Assembly: GCF_018350175.1 (NCBI RefSeq)
Contig: NC_058369.1
Span: forward strand, 19,656,001-19,720,000
Origin: Felis catus
Lineage: Eukaryota
Length of the DNA: 64,000 nucleotides
Reading direction: 5' to 3'
Part shown: one piece after another, positions 11,167 to 24,809 of the stretch
Layout: every line of letters begins with the position of its first letter
Position numbering within the stretch: position 1 is the first letter of the stretch
Translations under genes and position numbers: made by a program
The notes under the pieces: model-generated
Databases searched by the model: none
What the model was told of the DNA's origin: nothing
What the model saw: the letters and a program-made list of their open reading frames with translations, nothing else

Positions 11167-12226
11167 TTTTCTTTACAAGTTTTTATTTAAATTCTAATTA
11201 GGTAAAATTCAGTGTAGTATTAGTTTTAGGTGTCGAATTCAGTGATTCATCACCTACATACAGCACCCAGTGCTCATCACAACAAGTGCCCTCCTTAATA
11301 GCCATCACCTATTTAACACATTCCCACTCCCCTCCCGTCTAGCAAGTATCAGTTCTCTATAGTTAAAAGTCTGTGGGTGCCTGGGTGGCTCAGTTGGTTA
11401 AGTGTCTGACTCTTGGTTTTGGCTTGGGGAATGATCTCATGATTCATGGGATTGAGCCCCATGTCGGGCTCTACACTGACAGGGAGGAGCCTGCTTGGGA
11501 TTCTCTCTCTCTCCTCCTCTCTCTGCCCCTCCCCTGCTCATGTTCACTTTCTCTCTCTCTCTCTCTCTCTCTCTCAAAATAAATAAACTTAAAATAGTCT
11601 GTGTCTTGATTTGCCTCTTCTCCCCACCATGTTCATTTGTTTTGTTTCTTAAATTCCACATGAGTAAAATCATATGGTAATTGTCTTTCTGTGACTTATT
11701 TCATTTAGCATAATACTCTCTAGCTCCATCCACATTGTTGCAAATGGCAATATTTAATTTTTTTAAGTTTATTTATTTATTTTGAGAGAGAGAGGGTGTG
11801 TGAATTTTGCAAGTGGGGAGTGGCAGAAGGTGAGGGAGAGAGAGAATCTCAAGCAGGCTCTGTATTGTCAGCATGGAACCTGATGGGCTCAAATCCATGA
11901 AGTGCAAGCTCATGACCTGAGCTGAAATCAAGAGTTGGATGCTTAACTGACCGAGTCACCCAAGCACCCCAAGATTTAATTCTTTTTTATGGCTGAGTAA
12001 TATTCCATTGTATAGATATACCACATTTTCTTTATTCATTTACCAGTCGATGGAGATTTAGGCACTTTCCATAATTTGGATGTTGCTGCTGTAAACATTG
12101 GAGTGCACGTATCCCTTTGAATGAGTATTTTTGTATCCTTTGGGTAAATAGTAGCGTAATTGCTGGATCGTAGGATAGTTCTATTTTTAACTTTTTGAGG
12201 ACCCTCCATACTGTTTTCCAGAGTGG
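11167..12226 (-). mobile_element. 5'-truncated carnivore L1 3' end containing two SINEs (about 11373-11593 +, 11757-11970 -)
   Basis: L1 3'UTR/ORF2 end antisense; TSD ttggaa(ag/gg)(a/c)aagaaagattt at 11147-11166 and 12227-12246. Confidence 0.85.
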
Positions 12227-12959
12227 TTGGAAGGCAAGAAAGATTTAAAGTGAATAATCCAAGCTACCTACTGGAGAAAATAGAAAAACAATAGCAAATT
12301 AAAATAGAATGAAATAAAATCAGAGCAGAAATCAATTAAGTAGAAAATGGATGGAGACTAGAGAAAACTAGTAAAACTAAAAGTGATTTTTTAAAAGGAT
12401 TAATAAAAATGATAAGTTCTTAGTAAGACTAAATTAAATAAAACATTCATAATGAGAGAACATTAGAGAATATTATGAATCATTTTACTTAAATTCCTTG
12501 AGAGGCACATTTGAACAAAATTGACACAGGAAGAAATAGAGTGATACTAAATTAAATAAATTCAGTTTCTAATAAAATAATTTTCTCACAAAGAAGACTC
12601 AAGTCCCAAATGGTTTCATGTGTGAATTCTGTGAAACATGCTTTTCAAAAGCAAAAGAGGGTGAAACATTTCCTAACTCATTATGAAGCCAGTGTAACTT
12701 TTATCTAAAACCCTAATAAGATTAAAAGAAAATTATAGACCAATATCTTTTATGATTATAGATGTAAAAACTCTTGATATAAGCAAATAATTTATATAGA
12801 TTTATACAATGTATATATTTTATATAATGCTGGATTTACCAATCTAATAAAAGGCACATATGAAGAACCCACATCTAACATTATGCTTAATAATGAAACA
12901 TAGAATGTTTCCCTTCAAACTTCAGGAACAAAATAAGAACATCTGCCTTTATAAGTTTT

Positions 12960-13176
12960 ATTTTTTTTATTTTTTTAATGTTTATTTATTTTTGAGAGAG
13001 AGAGACAGAGCATGAGTAGGGGAGGAGCAGAGCAAGAGGGAGACACAGAATCCAAAGCAGGGTCCAGGCTCCGAGCTGTCAGCACAGAGCCCAATGTGGG
13101 GTGCGAACCCACAAACTGTGAGATCATGACCTGAGCCAAGTTGGATGCTCAACCAACTGAGCCACCCAGACGCCCC
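12960..13176 (-). mobile_element. Can-SINE
   Basis: SINE body; TSD t(a/g)taagttttatt. Confidence 0.88.
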
Positions 13177-13414
13177 TGTAAGTTTTATTTGACATTGCTT
13201 TGGGAGCTTTGTCCCATAAATCAAGAAAAAAAGTACAAGCATACCTTGGAGATACTGCCAGTTTGGTTTCCAGACCACTGCAATCAACTGAATATCACAA
13301 TAAAGTGAGTCAAATGAATTTTTTGGTTTCCTAGTGCATAGAAAAGTTATGTTTATACTATAGTCTATTAAGTGTGTAGTAAAATTATGTGTATTAAACA
13401 GTGGACATCCCTTA

Positions 13415-13715
13415 AGTCAGAGAAAGACAAATACTGTATGATTTTACTTGTATGTGGAATTTAAGAAACAAACGAGCAAAGGAAAAAAAAGAAAGAGGCA
13501 AAGCAACAAACCGATTCTTAACTAGAGAGGACAAACTACTAGAGGGGAGGTAGTTGGGGGGATGGGTTAAATAGGTGATGGGGATTATGGAGTGCACTTG
13601 TTGTGATGACTACTGGGTATCATATGGAGGTATTGAACCACTATATTGTACACCTGAAACTACTATTACACTATGTTAACTGGAATTGTAATAAAAACTT
13701 AAAAAAATAAAAAGC
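13415..13715 (+). mobile_element. L1 3' tail within Tigger1
   Basis: gtcagagaaagacaaatac ... 3'UTR ... A-rich tail. Confidence 0.8.
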
Positions 13716-14179
13716 ATTTAGAGTCTCCCTCCAAAAATTAAAAGATACTGTATTGCTAAAAAAATGCTAACTATCATCTGAGCTTTCAGCAAATTATATT
13801 ATTTTTGCTGGTGGAGGGTCTTGATGTTGACAGCTGCTGACTGATTAGAGTGGTGGCTGCTGAAGGTTGAGTGTTTGTGGCAATTTCTTTAAGATAACAG
13901 TGAAGTTTGCTGCATTGACTCTTCTTTTTACGAATGATTTTTCTCTGTAGTATGGGATGCTGTTTGATAGCATTTTATCCACAGTAGAACTTCTTCCAGG
14001 ATTGTAGTCAGTGTCTTAAATCCTGCTGCTGCTTTATCAATGAAGTTGATGTAATATTCTAAATCCTTTGTTGTCATTTCACCAGTCTTCACAGCATTGT
14101 CACTAGGAGAAGATTCCATCTCAAGAAACTAGTTTGTTTATCCATAAGAAGCAATTCCAATGTTAAAGTTTTATCATGA

Positions 14180-14388
14180 GGGGTGCCTAGGTGGCTCAGT
14201 CGGTTGAGTATCAGACTTTGGCTCAGGTCATGATTTCATGGTTCGTGGGTTCGAGTCCTGCTTTGGGCTCTGTGCTGACAGCTCGGAGCCTAAAACCTGC
14301 TTTGGATTTTGTGTCTCCCTCTCTCTCTCTGCCCCTCCCCCACTCATGCTCTGTCTCTCTCTCAAAAATAAATAAACGTTAAAAAAAA
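14180..14388 (+). mobile_element. Can-SINE within Tigger1
   Basis: TSD aaagttttatcatga at 14165-14179 and 14386-14400. Confidence 0.9.
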
Positions 14389-14697
14389 GTTTTATCATGA
14401 AATTGCAGCAATTCGATCACAGGTTCAGACTCTACTACTAATTTTGGCTCTCTTGCTATTTCCATCACATCTGTGGTTACTTTCTTCACAGAAGTCTTGA
14501 ATCCTTCAAGGTCATCAATGATGGTTAGAATCAGCTGCTTTCAAACTCCTGTTCATATGGATATTTTGACCTCTTCCTGTGAATCACGAAAGTTCTTAAT
14601 GACATCTAGAGTTATGAATTCTTACCAGAAGGTTTTCAATTTACTTTGTCCAGATAAAGGAACCACTATCTATGGAAGCTGTAACCTTACAAAATTC

Positions 14698-16420
14698 TTT
14701 TTTTTTTTTTTGCCTCAAAAAGTGACATTTATTCAAAGAAAAAAAGAAAAAAATGACAAGATGTCCATCCCTTGGTTCCCTTCCCTCCCCTCTCCTGCTC
14801 CTCTTAAGCCCCCATGGACTGAACCCTCAGTAGGGCTAGGTAGCAGGACAGTTCCTTAGATGAGTTCAGGAACATTGAGGGGCATCTCTTCAATGGAGGT
14901 GTTATGGAGGGTTTCCCTATATTGAAGAATCCTCTTGTCTTTTTCTGTCACTATGTCAGTAGCCACACCATTATGGCCAAATTGTCCACCAGGACTGATT
15001 CTGTCAATATAATTTTCCCTGTTGGTGGGAAGGTCATACTTGATGACTGAAGAAACCTGTGGCACATCATTGCCTCTGGCCAGCAAATCAGTAGTAATCA
15101 GTACTCTGCTAGAGCCAGTACTCTAGTACTCCTTCATGATAACATCTCATTTAACATCTCATTCCATATCTCTGTGCATAGCAGACATGGTGGGGTCTTT
15201 GGTGTACATCTTTTCAATGAGTCAATAAACCTTTCTTAGGGTGTTGATGAGTATGACTGCCTGCATGATGGTCAGGGTTTCATACAAGTCACACTATGTG
15301 TCCAGCTTCCACTCCTCTCCTTCCACATTGAAGTAGAACCAGTGGATACCCTTCAGGGTCAACTCCTCCTTTTTGAGCAGAATCTGAATGGGGTCCCTCA
15401 TGAACTTCTTGGTCACCTCAAGCATGTTGGAAGGCATTGTAGCTGACAGCAATACCACCAGGGTGTTGCTGTTGAGCTTTTGGAATATGTCATAGATCTG
15501 GTCCTTGAATCCGCGGCTTAACATTTCATCAGCTGGATGGAACTAGAGGGTATTATACTAAGTGAAATTAGTCAAAGACAAATACCACATGACTTCATTC
15601 ATATGAGGACTTAGACACAGAACAGATAAACATAAGGGAAGAGAAGCAAAAATAATATAAAAACAGGGAGGGGGACAAGACATAAGAGACTCTTGAATAT
15701 GGAGAACAAACAGAGGGTTACTAGAGGAGTTGTGGGAGGGGGGATGGGCTAAATGGGTAAGGGGTATTAAGGAATCTACTCCTGAAATCATTGTTGCACT
15801 ATATGCTAACTAACTTGGATGTAAATTAAAAAAATAAAAGAAAAAAAACATTTCATCAACTTGTCCAGTACAAACTACTTGATGTATTTGGGAGACAGGT
15901 GTTTCTGGTTAAGCATATCAAACACATGACCTGGGGTACCCATGATGTTATGGGGATCTTCCATCTGCAGCTTCTGCACTTCAGAATGTACATTGGTCCC
16001 CCCAATGCAGGCATGGCAGGGGGCACCCACGTAATATCCTAATACCATGACTACCTTCTGTATCTGCTGAGCTAACTCTCTAGTGGGTGCCAGGACCAAA
16101 GCCTGTGTAGTCTTTAGATTCAATTCCATCTTGTTGCAGAATTAATGTGGCAAAAGTGGCTGTTTTCCTAGTCCCAGATTGGGCTTGAGCAATCATATCA
16201 TAACCCTGATACAAGGAAGAATGCCTTGTTGCTGGATGGCAGAAGGCTTCTCAAAAACATAGGCATAGATGCCACAGAGAAGGGACTCACAGAGGTTCAT
16301 GTCATTACAGCTGTCAACTTATTTCAGTTACTCTTGATGATACCTTCAGGTGCTACCCATCAGGGCATTGTCTCTGGATCAGGAATCCTGACCTCAGAGA
16401 CATGATCCTTAGAAACTAGA
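14698..16420 (-). pseudogene. EIF4A1: EIF4A1 processed pseudogene, interrupted by an L1 tail at 15535-15846
   Basis: Intronless. Leader TCTAGTTTCTAAGGATC-ATG (ATG at 16403) as recalled for EIF4A1. Peptides [65 protein letters not shown] (stop 14856). AATAAA at 14728-14733 and poly(A) at 14698-14711. Many frameshifts and stops. Confidence 0.95.
15535..15846 (+). mobile_element. 5'-truncated L1 3' end inserted in the EIF4A1 pseudogene
   Basis: L1 ORF2 end, 3'UTR and A tail; TSD aacatttcatca(g/a)ct at 15520-15534 and 15847-15861. Confidence 0.92.
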
Positions 16421-17647
16421 CAAAATATATTTCTTAAATAAAAATACTGACAGTTGAAATTATTCCATGAGCCATGGGATAAAATGGATGGTTAGCAGGC
16501 ATGAAAACAATATTAATCTTGCAGGATATCTCCATCAGAGGTTTTGGGTGATCAGCTGCATTGTCAATGAGAATAATATTTTGAAAGGAGAATCTTTTTC
16601 CTGAGTGGTAGGTATTAACAGTGGCCTTCAAATATTAGTAAACCATGTTGTAAACAGATGTGCTGTCTTTTAGGCTTTACAATTCCACTTATAGAGCACA
16701 GGAAGAGTAGATTTAGCATAATTCTTAAGGGCCCTAGAATTTTCAGAATGGTAAGTGAGCATTGGCTTTCATCTTAAAGTCATCAGCTGCATTAGCCCCT
16801 AACAGGAGAGTAGCCTATCCTTTGAAACTTTTAAGCCAGGCATTGACTTCTCTCTAGCTTTCTAATGAAAGTCCTAGATAGCATCTTCTTCCAATATAAG
16901 GCTGTTTTGTCTACATAGAAAATCTGTTGTTTAGTGTAGCCACCTTCATTAATTATCTTAGCTAGATCTTCTGGATAACTTGCTGCAGCTTTATGTCAGT
17001 ACTTGCTGCTTCATCTTGTACTTTTATATTAGGGAGATGGATGTCTTCTTTCCTTAAACCTCATAAACCAATGTCTGCTTGCTTCAAACTTTTCTTCTGC
17101 AGTGCCCTCATCCCTCCCAGTCCTTTGTAGAATTGGATTAATTTGGGGGCTTAAAGGAATGTTGTGGCTGGTTTGATCTTTTATCCAGCATATGTCATCC
17201 ATATCAGCAATAAGACTGTTTTGCTTTCTTATAATTTGTGGGTTCACTGGAGTAGCACTTTCAATTTCCTTCCAAAACATTTCCTTTGCATTCACAACTT
17301 GGCTAAGTGTTTGGTGCCAGAGGCCTAGCTTTTGGCCTATTGGCTTTCAACATGCCTTCTTCACTAAGCTTAATTATTTCTAGCTTTTGATTTAAAGTGA
17401 GAGACTTGACTTTTCCTTTCAGTTGAATACTTAGAGGCCACTGTAGGGCTATTAATTGGCCTAATTTCAATATTTTTGTGTTTTGGAATAGGGAGGTCTG
17501 AGGAGAGGGAGAGAGACAGGGGAATGGCTGGTTGGTAGAACAGTCAGAACACACACAATATTTACTGGAGGAGTTAAGATGGCAGAGGATAGGGAGACCC
17601 TGAGCTTGCCTTGTCCCTTGAACACAACTAGATAAATGTCAAATTAC

Positions 17648-17855
17648 TTTTTTTAATGTTTATTTATTTTTGAGAGAGAGAGAGTGTGTGAGTGGGAGAG
17701 GGGCAGAGAGAGAGAGGGAGACACAGAATCTGAAACAGGCTCCAGGCTCTGAGCTGTCAGCACAGAGCCTGACATGGGACTTGAACCCATGAACTGTGAG
17801 ATCATGACCTGAGCTGAAGTCAGATGCTTAACTGACAGAGCCACCCAGGTGCCCC
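17648..17855 (-). mobile_element. Can-SINE in the 5'UTR of the older L1
   Basis: SINE body; TSD aat(g/a)tcaaatta. Confidence 0.88.
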
Positions 17856-19044
17856 AATATCAAATTATTCTGAACACCCAAGAAATCGATCTGAGGACTG
17901 AGAGAACAAAACTGCACATCTGTAAGTAGGCAAACAACCCCCTCGTGGAGGTAGGAGCTTTGGAGAGTTGATTTGGTGGGCACTGTGGAGGGGAGGGAGC
18001 CCTGATCACGGGAAGAGGAGTGAGTGAGTGAGAGACGAAGAATGAAAACAGAGTGACATCATGTGCAGGGGATTTCACAAGAAAACTCTTCCCCCAAACC
18101 ATTGACTGGGAAAAGAAGAGGAGCTAAGCACTGTAAGCTTTTATAAGTGGCAGAGCACAAAGTGTGAATTGGAGGTCTGTGCCATTGCCAGGGTCTCTCC
18201 TGGCAGACTTGGTGGTGCTCCAGTGGAGAAGGAAGGCAGAAACCCAGGAGTAAGTAGCATGGTCTGAGGATCCCCTGGATTGCATGGGGAGAAACATTTC
18301 CCCTTCTTGGTGTAGATTTGGGAGAGGTGGCATGGCTTCTCTGCGTACAAAAGACCCTGCAGATGCCATTGAGCTGCCCCATTCACCAACAAAGAAACAG
18401 GGCCTCCCACTGAGGGCCTTGGTGCTGGCTTTCTGCTGCACTTTACCATAAACTCTAAGCTGCTATGCACTTGCGTGATCATTTTCTGGGACAAACCAGC
18501 AATCGGCTACAATGCAACAAGACTCTCCCTTAGAAGATCAGCGCAGGTCTGTGTCATAGGGTCTCTGAAATTTGGAGTTTTGAAACCCAGCTACACCTGA
18601 GCTAAAACATGGGATGCTGTGCCACCTGGCAGACAGACGACTTGGACACACACCGGGTGAAGGCAGGGATCTGACAGAAGCTGGGGACACAGGAAGGTTG
18701 ATTGTTTTGCTCTTCTGTGAGGGCTTCCTGTGTAGTGGCAGGCGGGAGCTCCTGTCTTAAGATGAGAGAGCGGGGAAACTCCCATTTTCTCTCCCATTCA
18801 TGAGCCCTGACCCATGTCAATGAGTAAAACAGTGCCAGCAAGTAGAGGCTGGAGCCACTTACATCAAGCCCCGCCCCCCTGCATCCTGCAGGTGCATCTC
18901 CACTAGGACAAGACCTTCTGAGAATCAGTGCAGCAGGCCCCATTCCCAGAAGACCAGCACAAACCCCTGGCTTGTGCCAAGTCTACTGATCATTGAGTTC
19001 TGCAAAGGTTTGGCTGTAGGGGAAACAGGATCTAGTGTCCCTTG

Positions 19045-19258
19045 GGTTTTTTTTTTTTTTTTAATGTTTATTCTTAAGAGAGACAGAGCATGAGCGGGGG
19101 AGGGTCAGAGAGAGACAAACACACACACAGAATCTGAAGGAGAATCTAGGCTCCAAGCTGTCAGCACAGAGCCCCACGGGGGCTTGAACTCACGGACTGC
19201 AAGATCATGACCTGAGCTGAAGTCAGACGCTCAACCAGCTGAGCCACCCAGGCGCTCC
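19045..19258 (-). mobile_element. Can-SINE
   Basis: SINE head and T tail. Confidence 0.85.
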
Positions 19259-19393
19259 TGGGTTTTTTTCTTTTTAATGGGATACAGGAAAAACATTTTT
19301 TTATTTTTAATGTATTTATTATTATTTTATTTATTTGATCTAGCTTCTTTTCATAAGCAGACACAAATACACCTAGGATCTAATTTTGCTTTT

Positions 19394-19620
19394 TTTTTTT
19401 TTTTTTTAATTTTTTTTCAACGTTTATTTATTTTTGGGACAGAGAGAGACAGACCATGAACGGGGGAGGGGCAGAGAGAGAGGGAGACACAGAATCGGAA
19501 ACAGGCTCCAGGCTCTGAGCCATCAGCCCAGAGCCCGACGCGGGGCTCGAACTCACAGACCGCGAGATCGTGACCTGGCTGAAGTCGGACGCTTAACCGA
19601 CTGCGCCACCCAGGCGCCCC
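19394..19620 (-). mobile_element. Young feline Can-SINE
   Basis: TSD taattttgctttt at 19381-19393 and 19621-19633. Confidence 0.95.
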
Positions 19621-20667
19621 TAATTTTGCTTTTAACAAGCAGACCAAAACACACAAAAGAACTAGCTTCCCTTTTAATTTCATTTGTTTGGTAGTTTTTG
19701 GTTCTCTTCTTAATATAGCCATTACTCTCAGGAGCAGGAATAAAACAGGCTTTACTAACAAAAAACAGTGACCTTGATAATTTGACAAGATGGAGGAATT
19801 CACCTCAAAAGAAGGAATGGGAAGAAGTAACGGCTAGGGATTTAGTCAATGCAGAGGTAAGTAAGATGCTTGAACTAGAATTTAAAACAGTTAAAAGGAT
19901 ACTAAGTGGACTTGAGGAAAGCATAGAAGACACTAGAGAATCCCTTGCTGCAGAGATAAAAGAAATAAAAACTGGTCAGGCTGAAATTTAAAATGCTATA
20001 ACCAAAATGCAAACTAGAATGGATGCCATGACAATGAGGATGAATGAAGCAGAGAATGAGTCAGTGATATAGAAGATAGAATTATAGAAAATAATGAAGC
20101 TGAAAAGAAGAGGGAAGCAAAGGTATTGGGTCATGAATGTAGACTTAGGGAACTCAGTGACTCCTTAAAGTGTAGTAACATTCATATCATAGGAGTCCCA
20201 GAAGATGAAGAGACAGAAAAAGGGACAGAAGGTTTATTTGAGCAAATTATAGCTGAAAACTTCCCCAGTCTGGGAAAGGACACAGATATCAAATTCCAAG
20301 AAGCACAGAGAACTCCCATTAAATATAATAAAAGCCAGCCATTACCAAGACATATCATAGTCAAATTCACAAAATACATAGACAAGGAAGGAATTCTGAA
20401 AGTAGCAAGGGAAAGGAAAGCCCTTCACCTGTAAGGGAAAACAGATAAGGTTCTCATTATATCTGTTCCAGAAATTTGGCAGGCCAGAAGGGAGTGGCAG
20501 GGTATATTCAACATGCTGAATGGGAAACATATGTATCCAAGACTACTTTATCTAGCAAGACTGTCATTCAGAATAGAAGGAGAGATAAAGGGTTTACCAG
20601 ACAAACAAAAACTAAAAGAGTTCATCATGACCACTAAACCAGCATTGTAAGAAATATATATATATTA

Positions 20668-21083
20668 AAATTTTTTAAAAATGTTTATTTATTCTTGACA
20701 GAGAGGCAGAGCATGAGTGGGGGAGGGGCAGAGAGAGAGCGAGACACAGAATCCAAAGCAGGCTCCAGGCTCTGAGCTGTCAGCACAGAGCCTGATGCAG
20801 GGCTTGAACTCACAGACTCCAAGATCATGACCTGAGCCGAAGTCGGATGCTCAAGTGACCGAGCCACCGAGGTGCCCCCGAAATATATATATATTTTAAA
20901 TGTTCATTTATTTCCTTTGAGAGAGGGGCAGGGCAGAGAGAGAGGGGGTGACAGAGAATCCCAAGCAGCCTCTGTGCTGCCAGAACAGAGCCTGATGGGC
21001 CCAAGCCCCCAAACTGTGAGATCATGACCTGAGCTGAAACCAAAAGTTGGACACTTAACTGACTGAGCCACCCAGATACCCCT
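20668..21083 (-). mobile_element. Two tandem Can-SINEs (about 20668-20879 and 20895-21083) at the end of the older L1 ORF1
   Basis: Two SINE bodies; gaaatatatatatatt duplicated at 20651 and 20880. Confidence 0.85.
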
Positions 21084-21363
21084 ATTAAAGGGACTCTTTG
21101 GGGGGGGGGAAGACCAAAAGCAACAAAGACTAAAAAGGAACAGAACATCACCAGAAATACCAACTTTACAGGTAATACAATGGCACTAAATTCATATCTG
21201 TGAATAATTACTCTGAATGTATATGGACTGAATGGCTCCAATCAAAAGACTAAGATCTCAGAGTGGATGAAAGAGAAAAACCACAAGATACATGTATATG
21301 CTGCCTACAAGAGACTAATTTTGGATCTAAGTCACCTGCAGATTGAAAGTGAGAGGGTGGATG

Positions 21364-21582
21364 GGGCGCCTGCTCAGTCGGTTGAGTGTCCGATTTTGGC
21401 TCAGGTCATGATCTCACAGTTTGTGGGTTCAAGCCCCACAACGGGCTCTGTGCTGATAGCTCAGAGCCTGGAGCCTGCTTCGGATTGTGTGTTTTCTTCT
21501 CTGTCTGCCCCTACCCCACTTGTGCTTTATCTCACTCTCAAAAAAAATGTAATAAAAAAAAATTAAAAAAATTAAAAAAAAA
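21364..21582 (+). mobile_element. Can-SINE in older L1 ORF2
   Basis: SINE body and A tail. Confidence 0.85.
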
Positions 21583-22804
21583 GTAAGGTGATGGAGAACC
21601 ATCTATCATGCTAATGGACATCAGAAGAAAGTCGGAGTAGCCATACTTAGACAAACTAGATTTTAAACCTAAGGTTGTAACAAGAGATTAAGAGGGCATT
21701 GTATCATAATTAAGGAGTTTTTCTATCAAGAAGATCTAACAGTTGTAAATATATGCCCCCCAACTTGAAGAAGCCAGATATATAAATCAGTTAATCACAA
21801 ATGTAAAGAAACTCATTGATAATAATACCATAATAGTAGGGGACTTTAACACCCCACTTAGAGCAATGGACAGATCATCTAAGCAGAAAATCAACAAGAA
21901 AACAATGGCTTTGAATGACACACTGGACTGAATGGACTTAACAGATATATTCAGAACATTTCATCCTAAAGCAGCCAAATACACATTCTTTTCGAGTGTA
22001 CACAGAACATTCTCTAGAATATATCATATACTGGGTCACAGATCAGCCCTCAACAGGAACAAAAAGATGGAGATTATACCATGTATATTTTCAGACCATG
22101 ACGGTATAAAACTTGAAGTCAACCACAAGAAAAAATTTGGAAAGACCACAAATAACATGGAGGTTAAAGAACATCCTACTAAAGAATGAATGAGTTAACA
22201 AGGAAATTAAAGAAAATATAAAAAGTACATGGAAGCAAATGAAAATGAAAACATGGCAGTCCGAAACCTTTGGGATGCAGCAAAGGCAGTCCTAAGAGGG
22301 AAGTATATTGCAATACAGGCCTACCTCAAAAAGCAATAAAAGTCTCAAATACATAAAATAACCTTATACCTAAAGGAGCTAGAAAAGGAATGGCGGTGAA
22401 TAAGGCCTTAAGCCAGCAGAGGAAGGGAAATAATAAAGATTAGAGCAGAAATAATATAGAAACAAAAAAATCAGTAGAACAGATAAATTAAACTAAGAGC
22501 TGGTTCTTCAAAAGAATTAATACAATTGATAAACCCCTAGCTGGACTTATCAAAAAGAGAAAGGACCCAAATAAGTAAAATTATGAATGAAAGAGGAGAG
22601 ATCACAACCAGCACCACAGAAATACAAACAATTATAAGAGAATATTATGAAAGATTATATGTGAACAAACTGGCTGATCTGGAAGAAGTGGACAAATTCC
22701 TAGAAATCTACAAACTAACAAAACTGAAACAGGAAGAAATAGAATATTTGAGCAGACCCATAATTAGCAAAGAAATTGAATCAGTAATCAAAAATCTCTT
22801 GACA

Positions 22805-23016
22805 GGGGCACCTAGGTGTCTGATTCAGCTACGTATCTGCTTCTTGACTTCAGCTCTGGTCAAGATCTCAGGGTTCATAAGATCAAGCCCTGCATTGAGT
22901 TCCATGTTGACAGCACAGAGCCTGCTTCAGATTCCCTCTCTCCCTCTCTGTCTCTGACCCTCCCCCTGCTCGCTCTCTCCATCTCTCTCTTAAATAAATA
23001 AACATTAAAAAAAAAA
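22805..23016 (+). mobile_element. Can-SINE in older L1 ORF2
   Basis: SINE body and A tail. Confidence 0.82.
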
Positions 23017-24622
23017 TCTAAGAAACAAATGTCAAGGGCCAGATCGCTTCCCAGGGGAATTCTACCCGACATTTAAGTAAGAGTTAATACCTATTCTTCT
23101 CAAATTGTCCTAAAAAATAGAAATGGAAGGAAAACTTCCAAACTCATTCTACAAGGTCATCATTACCTTGGTTCCAAAACCAGACATACCTTACTAAAAA
23201 GGAGAATTACAGGCCAGTATGCCTGATGAACATGGATGTAAAAATTCTCAACAAGATACCAGCAAATTGAATCCAACAGTACATTGGAAGAGTTATTCAC
23301 CACGATCAAGTAGGATTTATTCCTAGGCTGCAGGGGTGGTTCATTATCTGCATATCTATCAATGTGATATACACATTAATAAAAGAAAGGATAACCATAT
23401 GATTTTGTCATTAGATGCAGAAAAGACATTTGACAAAACACATCATCGATTCTTGCTAAAAACCTCACATACCTCAACATCATGAAGGCCATATATGAAA
23501 AACCCACAGCTAATACCATCCTCAGTGGGGAAAAACTGAGAGCTTTTCCTCTGCAGTTAGGAACAAGACCCGGATGTCCACTCTTACCATTACTATTTAA
23601 CATAGTACTAGAAGTCTTAGCCTCAGCATTCAGACAACAAAAAGAAATAAAATGCATCCAAATAAGCAAAGAAGACAAAATTTCACTATTTGCAGATGAC
23701 ATGTATGTAGAAAACCTGAAAGACTCTACCAAAAAATTGCTAGAATAGATGAATTCAGCAAAGTCACAGAATATAAAGTCAATGTACAGAAATAGATTGC
23801 ATTCCTATACACCAATAATGAAGCAGCAGAAAAAAGAATCAAGGAATTGGTCCCATTGCAATTGTACCAAAAACAATTAGATACCTAGGAATAAACCTAA
23901 CCAAAGAGGTAAAAGGCCTGTATTCTGAAAACTATAGAACACTTATGAAAGAAATTGAAGAGGGCACAAAGAAATGCATTCCATGCTTATAGATTGGAAG
24001 AACAAACATCGTTAAAATGTCTTTCTACCCAAAACAATCTACACATTTAATGCAACCCCCACCAACATACCAACAGCATATTTCACAGAGCAAGAACAAT
24101 CTAAAATGTGTATTAAACCACAAAAGACCCTGAATAGCCAAAGCAATCCTGAAAAAGAAAAACAAAACTGGAGGCATCATGATTCCAGATTTCAAGCTAT
24201 ACTTTATAGCTGTAATCATCAAGACATATGGTACTGGCACCAGAACAGACACATAGGATTAATGGAACAGAATAGAATACCCAGAAATGGACCCACAACC
24301 ATATGGTCAACTAATCTTTGACAAAGCAGGAAAGAATATCCAATGGAAAAAAGACAGACTTTTCAACAAATGGTGCTGGGAACATTGGACAGCGACATGG
24401 CAGAAGAATGAAACTGGACCACTTTCTTACAGCATACACAAAAATAAATTCAAAATGGATGAAAGACTTAAAGGTGAGACAGGAAGCCATCAAAATCCTA
24501 GAGGAGAGCAGAGTCAGCAACCTCTTTGACCTGGCTGGAGCAACTTCTTACTAGACACATTGCCAGAGGCAAGGGAAACAAAAGCAAACGTGAACTGTTG
24601 GGACTTAATCAGGAAAAAATTT

Positions 24623-24809
24623 TGGGGTGCCTGGGTGGCTCAGTTAGTTGAGCCTCTGACTTCAGTTCAGGTCATATCACAGTTTGTGAGTTCAAGCCCT
24701 TCATCAGGCTCACTGCTGTCAGCACAGAGCCCACTTCAGATCCTCTGCTCCCTGCCCGCCCCCGTCCCTCCTCCACTTGTGCTCTCTTTCTCAAAAATAA
24801 ATAAAAAAA
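24623..24809 (+). mobile_element. Can-SINE in older L1 ORF2
   Basis: SINE body and A tail. Confidence 0.82.

Noticed and set aside
14856..16403. Functional EIF4A retrogene
   Set aside because: Multiple frameshifts and stops, damaged helicase motifs and an L1 insertion at the DEAD motif.
13900..17560. Domesticated TIGD1-like transposase gene
   Set aside because: The ORF is fragmented by stops and insertions; an ordinary decayed Tigger1.
17860..18943. GC-richer region with several ORFs of about 100 aa, possibly a gene or promoter
   Set aside because: 5'UTR of the older L1, CpG-depleted.
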